NCBI GenBank assembly: GCA_033442325.1
Contig: JAWQFM010000003.1
Location: forward strand, 535,148-599,147
Source of the DNA: Salpingoeca rosetta
Taxonomy: Eukaryota; Protista; Choanoflagellata
Direction of reading: 5' to 3'
DNA length: 64,000 nucleotides
The translations under genes were made by a program, and so were the position numbers. The notes under the pieces were generated by a model. It did no database searches, had not been told where the DNA came from, and saw only the letters and a program-made list of their open reading frames with translations. Shown here piece after piece: positions 32,311-58,344 of this stretch. Position 1 is the stretch's first letter. The number at the start of each line of letters is the position of its first letter.

Positions 32311-33119
32311 AAGAAAGAGACAGAGACAGAGAGAGAAAGTGTGTGTGTGTGTGTGTGCGTTTGTCAGGAGTGCGTGTGGTGTGTATGTGAGCACTGTGAG
32401 CCTCAAAGACATCTGCATCGGCAACACCTCCAACAGCACCATCAACAACACCACCAACAACACCACCAACACGTGCTGTAACGTACGCCGTTGGCGTCGA
32501 GCTCGGTCCAGAAGTCCTTCCAGTGGCGCCCGTGAGCAGCACGCAGCTCGTCACGCAGGTCGTCGTCCTCGTGCAGCACACGCTTCAGCTCCCTCTTGGA
32601 CAGCACGCCGTTGCCGTCGCGATCGGCACGCTCAAAGATCTCCCTAGCCAAGTCCTTGACCGTATCGAGGGAGTCATTCGTCTTTTCAACTTGTACCTTG
32701 GTAAGGTAATTGATCAGTTCTTGCTCTTCGATCTTTCCGTCCTGTGGGTTGTTATTGCAATCGCGGGCATGAGAAGGGGAAAGGTGAAAGACTTGGCAGG
32801 CACGCAATCCCGGGCAATCCCACCACCTGCACGCTGCTGAGCACCCATAGCACCAAGTACACGGGCCCAGTGTGTGCAACGTTTGCTATGGGTGGAGATG
32901 TGTGCATGCAAGCAAGACCCCTACCCCATCGACGTCGAGCTCAGCCCAGAAGTCCTTCCATGGGCGACCGCCCGCGGTGCGCAGCTCAAAACGAATGTAG
33001 TCATTGCCATGAATGACGCGCTTGAGCTCCTTCTTGGACAGCCAACCATTGCCGTCACGGTCTGCTTCGTGGAAGATGTCCGAAGCACGGCGGTGCAGTA
33101 CAATCAGGCGCTGGTCCAT
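28771..33119 (-). CDS. Multi-EF-hand (4 pairs, or 5 if the duplicated exon is real) + coiled-coil + C-terminal GAR (GAS2-related) domain protein, paralogue A
   Basis: Repeated ADRDKNGWLSKKEL / LDVDN|DGRIEEKEL EF loops. Heptad-rich exon 30623-29262. The last exon 28896-28771 completes PGKYKL..ILNVRIVGKNIM|VRVGGGWTKLEDYL, the GAS2/GAR signature. TAA at 28771-28773. Confidence 0.85.
31248..32319. repeat. Near-identical tandem duplication (about 525 bp x2) of an EF-hand exon; the copy at 31860-32241 is frameshifted (382 vs 381 nt)
   Basis: 31248-31770 matches 31794-32319, with a few mismatches and indels clustered at 31835-31905. Confidence 0.9.
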
Positions 33120-33901
33120 ATCGCCGCTGCCAAATCAAACAACTCTTTGTGTTCTTCCCTTCTTGTTGCCGTGCTTGTGAGACCCTGCTTTGCTGCCTCG
33201 TGGTGCTTTGCCTGCTGTGTTTGCTTTGCTTAGTTGCTTGCTTGTCGTAGTCGGTGTGAATGGCACGAAGGTCTTGTGTCGGCGCGACGAACAGGATGGT
33301 GGTGTGTGCACGCAAGCTCGCTTGTTCACTGCGTCACCCTTTTGTGTGTGGTGCAGAATTTTTTTTTCTTTGTTGCTTGCTTGCTTGCTTGCAATCAGTG
33401 AATTGAGTTGGTGACGAGTGCGAATGACGATGGCAAGTGTTGCTTCTGCCCGGAGGCTTCGGATGACAGCTCCTTGTGCGCGTGTGCGCGTGTGCGTGGT
33501 GATGATTCACTTACTAGCTAGGTTGTTGATGGTTTTGCTTCATTGCGTTGACAGTGATTGTGATTACGATGGAGCATGAGAACAGACGATGGTCATCAAC
33601 ATTGATGCTGTATATGCGTTGCAATGTGCGATGGCACACCACGTGAAAGCGCAAGGAAACAAGACGCGCACACACAATCAAGCAAGCAAGCAAACAAGCA
33701 AGTAGGCAGGCATTGGGTGGCAGTTGTAAGAGGCTGAATTGCAGGGGCTGACGACAGTAAACAACAGGGGGCAGGAGTAAAAGGTGAAGGCGGCTTTTGC
33801 GACGGCGCTCACATCGCTCATGTTGCTGACGACGAGCACACCAAAGGTGTCACCATGAAGATTTCGGGTCGAAGCCTTGAATCCCCAAAGCCTTCGCTGC
33901 C

Positions 33902-34545
33902 TCAAGCACGGACAAGCTCAAGACCCTCCTGGACGTGGCGCGTGCCGGCCTTCTCAATGTAGTCAACCAGCTCATCGAGTGTAATCTTGCCGTCCTGCAC
34001 ACACCCCCAGAAACACAAGGAGAACAAGCATATCGGATACACAGGATCCGGGAACAGTGAGTCACGACGATACCAATGGTTAGCATGTGCAGCGGCGTTG
34101 AAACACAACAGGCACACGATGCCAACAAACAGACTTGTTGAGCCAAATGATGTTGGCGTTTCACAAACAGCGCACACGTGTCAACAAGAGCAGGACTCAA
34201 ACATACGCCGTTGGCGTCGAGCTCGGTCCAGAAGTCCTTCCAGTGGCGCCCATGGGCTGTGCGCAGCTCATCGCGCAGGTCATCGTCCTCGTGCAGCACA
34301 CGCTTCAGCTCCTTCTTCGAAAGCCACCCGTTCTTGTCCCGGTCCGCCCGCTCAAAGATGTCCTTCGCGCGCTCCTTCAGCGACGCGTGGTGCTTCGACG
34401 CCTTCTCCGTCAGCACCTTCATCAGGTAGTCAACAAGTTCCTTCTCCTCAATCCGTCCGTCCTGCGTGATGAAGAGTGTGACGTAAGAGTGGAGTGAGAG
34501 TGGAGTGAATAACAGCAAGAACAACCACACACACACACACATATT

Positions 34546-34588
<43 letters not shown>

Positions 34589-35627
34589 CACACACACACA
34601 CAAACAGCCACATAACAACAGCCACATGCAACCGCACATAACAACAGCAGCAGCGCAGGCACTCACGTTGTCAACGTCGAGCTCAGCCCAGAACTCCTTC
34701 CACGGACGGCCGCCAGACGTGCGCAGCTCATACCGAAGGTCATCGTCCTCGTGCAGCACACGCTTCAGCTCCTTCTTCGACAGCCACCCGTTCTTGTCCC
34801 GGTCCGCCCGCTCAAAGATGTCGCGCACGTGGGCACGCATGCGTGCAAGCCGCTCCCCAAACGTCTCGTCGGTGCGGGCGGTCGACTCCCCACCGGTCGA
34901 TGTCTCATCTGTGCCCTTGTCCGCCTTCTCCTCAGCTGCTGCAGGGTTGCTGCGGGCCTCTGCAGCCGACGCAACTGCATTGTCCACGTGCTGCTTGTGC
35001 GCCTTGTCAATGTACTCCACAAGCTCCTCAAACTCAATCTGCCCATCCTGTGTGTGCGTGTGTGTGTTGCGTTTGTCAGGAGTGCGTGTGGTGTGTATGT
35101 GAGCACTGTGAGCCTCAAAGACATCTGCATCGGCAACACCTCCAACAGCACCATCAACAACACCACCAACAACACCACCAACACGTGCTGTAACGTACGC
35201 CGTTGGCGTCGAGCTCGGTCCAGAAGTCCTTCCAGTGGCGCCCGTGAGCAGCACGCAGCTCGTCACGCAGGTCGTCGTCCTCGTGCAGCACACGCTTCAG
35301 CTCCCTCTTGGACAGCACGCCGTTGCCGTCGCGATCGGCACGCTCAAAGATCTCCCTAGCCAGGTCCTTGACTGACCTGACAGTGCTGTCAGTCTTGTCC
35401 ACAAGAACTTTGGTGACGTAGTTGATGAGCTCGTCAAGCTCAATACGGCCATCCTAAAGCGGGAAGGAAAAGTGCAGCGGGCGAGGGACGCGTGTGAGAC
35501 GAGTAAAGGGTTGGGGAGGGAGATGTGTGTTCGAGGCGGCTGAACGTTCATTACAACTTTGTCATCGTCAACAAGGCGCACCAAGCACGGGTCGCAAAAG
35601 CAAAACGATGCAAGCCATGCACGCAAA

Positions 35628-35672
<45 letters not shown>

Positions 35673-35674
35673 GC

Positions 35675-35705
<31 letters not shown>

Positions 35706-35947
35706 AACAAACACACAGGCACGCAAAGGTAAACACAAACACACAAGCTTACGCCATCAACGTCGAGCTCAGCCCAGAAGTCCTTCCATGGGCGACCACC
35801 TGCAGTGCGCAGGTCGAAGCGAATATCGTCGTTGCCCTGGATGGCACGCTTGAGCTCCTTCTTGGACAGCCAGCCGCTCTCATCGCGATCTGCCTGCACA
35901 AAGATGCTTGTTGCACGGGTGTGCATGGCAATCAGGCGCTGATCCAT
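33902..35947 (-). CDS. Multi-EF-hand calcium-binding protein (4 EF-hand pairs, 5 exons), paralogue B, lacking the coiled coil and GAR domain
   Basis: Starts MDQRLIAMHTRATSIFVQADRDESGWLSKKEL and has the same exon structure as paralogue A. Ends DGKITLDELVDYIEKAGTRHVQEGLELVRA*. Confidence 0.85.
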
Positions 35948-36530
35948 TGTCGGGGGAAGGGGGGAAGGTGTTGTTGTTTGTCGGTCGGGATTCGAGAAGA
36001 AGGCGATCAAAAGCGGCTGCACGGGTCAGTGGCAGAAGTGAAAACAAAAAAATGACAGCTCAGCTGATGGTCGGCCTACCTGCGCATGTAGCTGCGCAGC
36101 GAGCAGCGGCAAGCCGTGGCAGCGGTGGCAAGCAACGCGTACGCGACCAACCTCTCATCTTCGTCACTTTGACGCAACCCGCACAGTGTGCCTTGCGATT
36201 TTTGTTAATTACATAGCTACTATTCAATGTCCGGTCCTATCTAGGAAGAATAAATTAAGGCGGTAACACATAGTTTTTGTGACATTGTTTTCGACTGAAA
36301 TCAGTTGTTTTCGATACAAAGGCGGTGGCGAATGGCTTCGACAAGTACAGCGCAACAACGAGCGCGATTTGGATGATTGCAGGGGCTTCCGTTTCTGGGT
36401 GGTGCGTTTATTATGATCATGACTGGGGAACAGACAGGAGGCGTTGTGTTTGTGGGTTTGTATGGTACACCAAACAAGCAAGGAAGGAAAAAGTCAGCAG
36501 CTCTCCCAGAGGCTTCCTTTCCATTGGCAG

Positions 36531-43796
<7,266 letters not shown>

Positions 43797-43942
43797 CGTG
43801 TCTCTCTGGGTGTCTGGCTGGTGAAGGGTTTGTGTTGTTTGTCAGCGTTGTGTGTGTTGTCAATGGGGAGCAAGTGCAACTGAAATCAGTTTGCACGAAT
43901 GTGCCAACAAGACAACGACAAGGAGAACGCACCAGTGGCGCG

Positions 43943-46585
<2,643 letters not shown>

Positions 46586-46851
46586 CGACAAGGAAGGGCC
46601 AGCTTCGCTATGTGTGTGTATGTGTGTGTGTGTGTTTGTGTTTGTGTCTGGCGCAGCTGTGTGCATTTTGCAGACATGGGTCGGCTTGCATGTGAGCAAG
46701 CAACGTGCGTGTGTCACGTGGTCGTGTTCACATATCTATCTCTTGTAAATTGTGTACACATTCGAGCTCATAACCGAAGCTACCCACGAACAACTGCAAT
46801 GACAAGGCAAGGCACGATATCACAGACAGGCAGGCAGGCAGACGACACAAG

Positions 46852-46936
<85 letters not shown>

Positions 46937-47125
46937 GCACACACACACGGACACATTCGAACGCATATGAATGAGCAAACCACATCTGATACTGATTAGG
47001 TTCCAAAGGACAAAATGTGTGGGCGCACGCGAGCAAAGTCCACGACGAGCAAGAGCACGGCATACAGGCGCAGTGGAAGGGGGTACACCAAAACCAAAGC
47101 TAGGAGGGATGTGGCGGACCCAAGT

Positions 47126-47166
<41 letters not shown>

Positions 47167-47263
47167 CAGAAGAGAGAATGGGAGAATGAGAGGGAGAGAG
47201 ATGGGGGATTAAGGCGACAAGAAGCGTGGGGGTGGTGCAATTGTGTGATTGTGTGTGTCGCGT

Positions 47264-47904
47264 TTACGGGTGCGGTGGAGGCGAGAACGGCTCTGATGCT
47301 GATGAGGACACGTCTGCAAATGTTTCGTCGCGTGTGCGTGACATGACGTGGCAGCGGGAGGGATGCAGGATTGTCTCCACCAATTTCGCAGCCATCGACT
47401 CGTCCTTGTGCGCCTCGCCTGGTGATCCACACATGCAATGTGAATGAGCGTGTCAGTGTGTGTGCGTGCGTGTGTTTGGGCGTTGGAGTGAACAAGTTGC
47501 CGCCTGTGGTTGGTGGAAAGAAATGACATGCAATGGCATGCCGACACCACACCCTCGAGGCGAGCAGTGTAATCGCATTTATGCACACATGGCTAGGCAC
47601 GCAGCGCCATGTGGGTGCACTCACAAGCGGCGAGATGGGCGGTGCGTTGTTCGTGATAGAGCTGCAACTCTTCCTTGAAGCTCACCTGCACACACACACA
47701 CATGCGCGTCACACACTACCAGGAAATGGAGTGCCAAACGCAGATACACACAGGCACACAGACACACATGCACACAGACACACAAATACACACACACTGT
47801 CACACACACACACACTGTCTCGCACACACACACACTGTCTCGCACACACACACACACACTGTCTCGCACACACACACACTGTCTCGCACACACACACACA
47901 CTGT

Positions 47905-47976
<72 letters not shown>

Positions 47977-50900
47977 GCCACCAGTGACATGGGACGGGAA
48001 CCCACCTGTCTTGCCACTTTATCGCGGAAGACGTTGCTTGCAAGATCATACAAGGTCTTGTCGATCCAGTTGAGCTGATAAATGCGCTTCGTTATCATGA
48101 GCTCATCACGCGTCGTGTGGTCTTTCACCTGCAGACCGCACAGCATGAGCGTAATCATCATGGGATCATGATAGCAGCAGCAGCGGCGGCAACGAGCACA
48201 ATTGGGGTGATGGTTGGCATGAACATGGCTGTGAGGATTGAGGAAGGGACAGGCCATGCGTTAACAAGCACAAGCACTTGAGACAAGAACCGCAAAGGAT
48301 TGCGGAGCTGCAGGCACGACCACACATGCACACACGTTAAAAGCGGTCGATGCCTTCCACTGGTCCATGTCAAAGTTGATGACGTCCTTGATTGTCCAGC
48401 ACACCGTCCGGCGCAGCATCACCTACAGCCAGGAGGTGATGTGGTGCGCGTGCGCGCGTGTGAGTGCGTGTGTGAGTGTGTGTGCGTGCGTGTGTGTGCG
48501 TGCGTGCGTGTGTGCGTGTGTGAGTGAGTGAGAGCACAGATGCATACGAGGGTGAAGTGAAGAATGTGCGTCGTACACCAGGCTTGTTGCTGGACGCATG
48601 TGCACACACACGCACGCGCGCGCACACACAAACTTGCACGGACCATGCTTTCATCTGGCTTCTCTGCGATCATGATGAGTGCAAACCATAGCACATGCTT
48701 CTTTGCCTCGTCAATCTGACATCAATGGTTTGTGTGTGTGTATGTGTGTGTATGTGTGTGTATTTGTTATGTGTGTAGTGTATATGTGTATGTGTGTGTT
48801 CGTGTGTGTTTGCCAGTTAGGAAATGGGTACACGGACTGAAAAGAAACCGTAATGAACAGATAGCAGTGAACAACTTCAAGATGTAACGAGTCGTGTCGT
48901 GACGAGCTGTACACGTGCCATTCGCACCTCGTGCTTGTTTGGACTTCTGGACACGCCCATTCTGTACGCGTTGCGGTTGAAGAGGTGGTGCCCGTAATCA
49001 AAGCCATCCTCCTGTAGTAACGCAAACAATGCGCGTGTGAGCGTGTGTGTGAGTGTATGTGTGTGAGTGTGCATCAACGTGTATGGGTGTGCATCAACGT
49101 GTGAGCTTGCGTGATACGTGCATTGACCTTGCTCATGATGCACACGAAGCAAATCACGGCAGTGCGCATACGTTGCGGAGGAGTTGGAGCCAGTGGTCCG
49201 GATCATCAAGGAAGGAGTCCAGCGGCGATGGGATTTGCGGATCAATGTTCCGCATGCGTCCAGGCATGTCAAGACGCGTCCACGTGTCCAAAAACTCGGA
49301 CACAGGATCCCTGCACGTGTGATTGGAGGATAAGCAGGAAGACGAGCGGGAGGGGGCCAACAAAAAAAAAAAAAAAAAAGGTACATAAGTTTGGAGTGAT
49401 GATTTTGTGAAAAGAATGTGCATGCTAGTGCAACTGCATACAATCATGCGGTTCTCCGTGCATGTGTGTGTGTATGTGTATGTGTATGTGTGTATGTGTG
49501 TGTGTGTTCACGGTTTGCGCATGTGCGTGCGCGCACCTGAACGTTGCGATGAACATGAGTCCCTGGTGCATTCTGTCCATGAAGGGGCTGTAGGATGAAG
49601 TGTGTGTGTGTGTGTGTGTGCGCGGTGACGGCAGTGGCCAAGGTGAAGTGACACACGTGAGTGAAATGAATGATGACTGATGCATGTGCATGGGGACAAT
49701 AATTGCACACACACACACACATACGCACGCACACACGCACGCACACACACACACACACACACGCACACACACGCACGCACACACACATGCACACACACAC
49801 GCACACACACGCACGCACACACACACACACATGCACACGCACACACACGCACACAACACAAATCACACGAAACGAGGGTTGACACGCCGCTACCCAGGAA
49901 TATCGCACCGTGTATGTGTGAATCCCGTGATCATAAAAGCGGTCGATGCTGGTGATCTGCAAAGTGGTACACAGAGACATTCGTAGGAGTATTGAATGCG
50001 AAGTAAGGGTCCCGAGGGTAAGAGTGCAGCGACTGTAGAGATTGATGTTGATGTGGAGTAGAGGTGCGGGGGAGCAAAGTGGCATGTCGTTGGACACGCA
50101 CACACACACACATGCACGCAAGGAAACACGCAGGAACAACTTACAGCACACACATCACGCGAAACACAAAGCAACAACCAAAGCACAACAGCGAAGCAAG
50201 CGCCGTCACCTGAAGATGTGGTTTGGCGGGGGAAGGAGGCTGCCATCTGGGAGGTGCGAGGTGTCTGGGCCCTGCGAATAATCAGCTGTTGCCACGCGCC
50301 CGCCTGCACAAACACAAGAACATGGCACAAGAGGTGTTTTCATGAGTGTGCACATGTACGTGAACGTGTGCGAATGCCGTGTGCACATGTGTGCATGTGT
50401 GTGCATGTGTGTGTGTGCATGTGTGTGTGTGTGTTGATGCTTACGCGATCCGCCGACGACCTGCGCGATGACGTTCATTGCGGCGTCATCGGCCGGGTGA
50501 TCCGTCACAAGATACATAATCTGTCCATCGTGGTCGGTCATGGCAATTGTGCTGGTGAGCAGACGAACGGCGGCCAAAGTGTCCAGGTGCACACACCTGG
50601 TGCACGTACACACGCACCTTTGTGTTAGCGTGTGTTGCCCAGCATTCGAGCTTCTCAATTGGGTAGCCTTCTCGCTTCTTCAAGTGCTTCACAAAACCTA
50701 CAAGCATCATGCAATTGGAGCCATAACCGTCACATCAGCGTTGATCGCATACATCCAGGTATCACAAACTGTACACCGCACTCACGCACACACGCGCGCA
50801 CACACACGCACACACACACACACACACACACGCCGCACACACATATTAATGTTGCAAGTGCGCACCCTTTGAGTCGAGCCACATGTAGTGGCAGAGACGC

Positions 50901-51950
50901 TGCTCGTCCGAAATTTTCGGTCGCTCCTCAAGAAACACCTGCGTGCAAACGGACCCATGACCGCGGTGAGACATCGAGCCATCAGACTTGAACAGTGGAG
51001 GTGGTGTGGTCGTACGCTAGTGCAGGCACACGTGTGTGCGTGTGTGCGCGCATAGATCTTCGTGCTCGTGAAGAAAGCTCACTGCTGCCAATACCGCAGA
51101 CGCAACTGGCGACAGCGCTCGAGCATCATGCATCACGCATTGATCACACATGCACGTGCGCACCCTGTGTGCATCCTCGTCGTAGTGCTGGAGGGGTGCA
51201 CACCTCTCCGACCACACCTGCACCTGACGCTTCAGCTCCTCAACCTGATGCACCAAAGATGGGGGGGGTGAGGTGCAGCAGTGAGCAAAGCCATTACGCT
51301 GTGGTAGCCAACGTGCGCACACGAATGGGTCACGAACACGTGAATGTGTTCCCCACATACCCTGATGTTCACCCGCAACAACACATCGCACGTGCTAGAC
51401 ACAGCATACAGTGTGTAGTGCATGTGTATGTGTGTGTGTGGTCACCTCCTGCATGAATCCGTCCTCCTGCTCAATGCGGCGCCAGAGGGAGCGGTTGAAG
51501 TGGTCGTACAGCAGCGTGTCTGCCCAGTCAAGCTCGTGGATCAACTCGCGCCTGTTGACAACGTGCACACACATGGATACGCACACGCGCACACACGCAC
51601 ACATTCACAGGGCAACAGCAGCACGGGTGAGTGTTTGGACGCAAAAGCGTGGACATAGGTCCGATCTTCAAACACACGACGGCAAACATGGTTCTATTCC
51701 ATATCCAACTGACCCGCCAACCAGCATCGTCACCATCATCACCTGTGCTCGGCAATGGCATCTGTTGCTCCGGCTGCTTTCTGCTTGGAGACTTTCAGCC
51801 CAAGATGCAACACGTCTTCCAGACTCCAGCACAACCTGTGCTCCAAACAATGTGATTTTTCGTCGTGCGTGAATGAGTGTGTGTGTGTGTCAGTGTGCGA
51901 GTGAGAGTGTGTGAGTGAGAGTGTGTGAGTGAGAGTGTGAGTGAGAGAGA

Positions 51951-51981
<31 letters not shown>

Positions 51982-52642
51982 TGCATGTCGTTGCATGTTT
52001 GTCCACCATCCTCGCGTGTATGTGGACGTACGTTCGCTTCAGCAGCACGAGGGACTCAAGCATGTGCTCCGTGATCAAGACGACCCCAAAGTTCTCCTCC
52101 ATTTCCGTGATGAGCTGCAGTGCACGTCAGGGTGACACATGAGAGACTGCACCAAAGGCTGGCATCTGCGAAAACACAACCACACACATACACACACAAC
52201 AACACACATACACGCACACACACACATACAAACACACAAACACACACGCACACACACAAACACACACACACACCTCCAAGCATGCACACGAGTATGCCGT
52301 CCTCACCACCTCTTCTCGCACCTGCTGGATGTTGCCGGGTGTCGGGTGGCTGATGCCGAGGTCGTATGCGTAGCTGTTGAGCAGCAAGATGCGGTCGCCG
52401 AAGCCAAGATACCCCTGGTACTGCTCAAATCCCTGCTCGCCATGAAGGAGGGGAAGGAGGTGGTGGGGAAGGTGGTGGTGGTGGTGGTGGTGACTGTGAG
52501 GGGGGGGGGGTGGTGCTGGAGAATAATCGGATGCAATTGTGAACACAATTATGCACAGACACACAGGCACACACATACACACAGACACACAGAGAAACAC
52601 ACACACACACACAAACACACAAACACACACACAGACACACAG

Positions 52643-52718
<76 letters not shown>

Positions 52719-53492
52719 ACCTGTAGGAACTGGTCTGGGGTGAGCTCTGGACCACCGCGGTGCATGATGTGCTCCCACACGTGCCAGTGGGACCACGACG
52801 ACATGAAGTGTGACGTCGGCCGGCGGAGGACAGTCACATATGTGCCACCTGGCACGACGGATTCCAGCGCAGGCTTCACGTAGCGCACGTGCGCGCTGCA
52901 CAGCATATCATAGGGGGGAGCACTGCCCTTGATGGATTCGACAGACGCGGGAATGGAGCGCTCGTCTCCCTGCGGCCACGCGTAAAACACATTGTCCTTT
53001 GGCAGTGCCATCTTCAGATCCTGCAGGCAGCATTGTTCAGCAGCACCACAGGCGCGTGTGCACACGAATGTTGAGGTAACTGCTGTGGCGAGAAAGGAGC
53101 AGCGGTACAAGGGAAAGAGAAAGGGATAGGGAGGGAGTGCATCGCATCACACGCGTGCGTTGTGCCACAGCACAAGCAAGACAGAAGAAAACACCGTGTT
53201 TGCACAGCACGATCAATGAGCAAGATCACAGCTCACTGACGTGCTTGACTCCAAAGCGGTGCAAGATGTTGGTCAGCGTGCTGCTCCCTGTCTTGTGCGT
53301 CTGCAGGGAAGCGTGAACAAAGCATGGCATCGAGCACGGGATCGAGTGAGTCCTGCCTGCGTCATCGCCGCATGCAAAGCACAGCAGGCACAATCACAAA
53401 GATGTGCAGTCACAGTCACGCACTCACAAAGGTGCGCATCAACACACAATCACAAAGATGTGCAGTCACACACACACACACTCACTCACACA

Positions 53493-53562
<70 letters not shown>

Positions 53563-54023
53563 CACATGCACAGAGCACAACATGCGCGACACTGCAGAGC
53601 AGCATCAATCCGCAATCGCATCCGCGCCCAAGGTTAACATCACATGATGCGGACCTTGATGTACTTGATGTGGGTGAGGGGAGTGTTACCGGGGCCGCAG
53701 ATGCGCTTGACATTGCCGTTGTGCGGGGCGGGGCTGTTGGGTTGGTCGCCCGCATCCTGCGGCAGTGGGACTGGCGTCGATGTGGTTGCGTGCATCACGG
53801 TCGTTGTCGTAGCTGCCGATCCCCCTGCTCCTGCTTCGCGGCCTTCCTCTTTGCCATGCCTCAAACCAGAGTGAAGGTTGGCGTGACTGCCGACGTCCGA
53901 GGTTGTGGTCAAGAGCCATGCATCCGTCGGGGCCCTCTGATAGCGTGACACTGTCAAGAGGAAGCCAGCCACCACCAAGCATGCCATCGTCACCAGCGCC
54001 ACCAGCGTTGTTCGCACCCGCAT
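47264..54023 (-). CDS. Type II membrane galactose-3-O-sulfotransferase-like protein with two tandem sulfotransferase domains (the second degenerate)
   Basis: N-terminal TM. Domain 1 has the 5'-PSB loop YIK|[59 protein letters not shown] and [18 protein letters not shown] (Gal3ST pattern). Domain 2 has [31 protein letters not shown] and [12 protein letters not shown] at 47264-47266. Confidence 0.85.
47797..47910. repeat. Intronic tandem repeat (CTGTCTCGCACACACACACA)n
   Basis: About five units visible. Confidence 0.8.
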
Positions 54024-54366
54024 CTCGCTCGCTCGCTTGGGCTGTAGATGAGCCTATGCTAACAAATGCCTGCGTGTGTCTGCGAGCCGTTGTTTGCCTG
54101 TGCTGGGTGGCTGGTGGGTGCGAGTGCTTGTCACGACAACACGGCACAACAACAAGCGTCAGCACCCTGCCCGTATGTGCTGTGCTGGTGTGGCTGCTGT
54201 ACTTGTGGTTGCTCGCTTCACTTGCAGCAACGCCGCTGGAAGTGGCGTCGTGTATCCGGTGTCCTTCTTGCCTGTTGGCCTATTTATAGGCCGATACGAA
54301 CGAACGAACGCGCAACTGGTGACTGTTGTGCTGTTGTGCTGTTGTGCTGTGAGCACTGTTGTAGCC

Positions 54367-57740
<3,374 letters not shown>

Positions 57741-58136
57741 TCCGCTAGCCGCGGTATTCGCCGCTCTCGTCCACGTGTGTGTATGTATGTTTGTGCGCAT
57801 GTGTGTGTATGCGCATCTACCTGTCTGTCTGTCTTGTCTGTCTGTCTTGCCTGTCTATGCGTGTCTAGCACATACGCGTGTTCATTTTGTGTACCGAAGG
57901 GTTGCAACAGCAGCACGTGAACTGCTTGCCAGTTCAATAAGAAGAGATATATGTAACACAAGCGAGGCAAGCAAGCGGTATCATGCAGACTCATGGGACG
58001 TTGGCGTAGAGGCACCGCATCACAACCATCACACAGCAGGGGCCGGTGTTCGCGACAGCCCAGCCCTCGCAACAACTCGCAGCTGCAGTGGAGCGATGAG
58101 TGTAGTGTCGTTTGACATTGGCACCGCCCTAAAGTG

Positions 58137-58266
58137 TCACGTGAACGTGGTCTCTCGCTCAGCATTGCGCTTTCGCCTGCACGCACACATATGAGGATGG
58201 GTGAGACATGGTTGCATTAGGGTGGACCATCGTGCTTTCACGCAAATGAATTGATGCTGGCCTGTG

Positions 58267-58344
<78 letters not shown>

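Noticed and set aside
33120-33901. Both EF-hand loci as one long gene
   Set aside because: B has an in-frame stop at 33902 and A has its own homologous MDQRLI start
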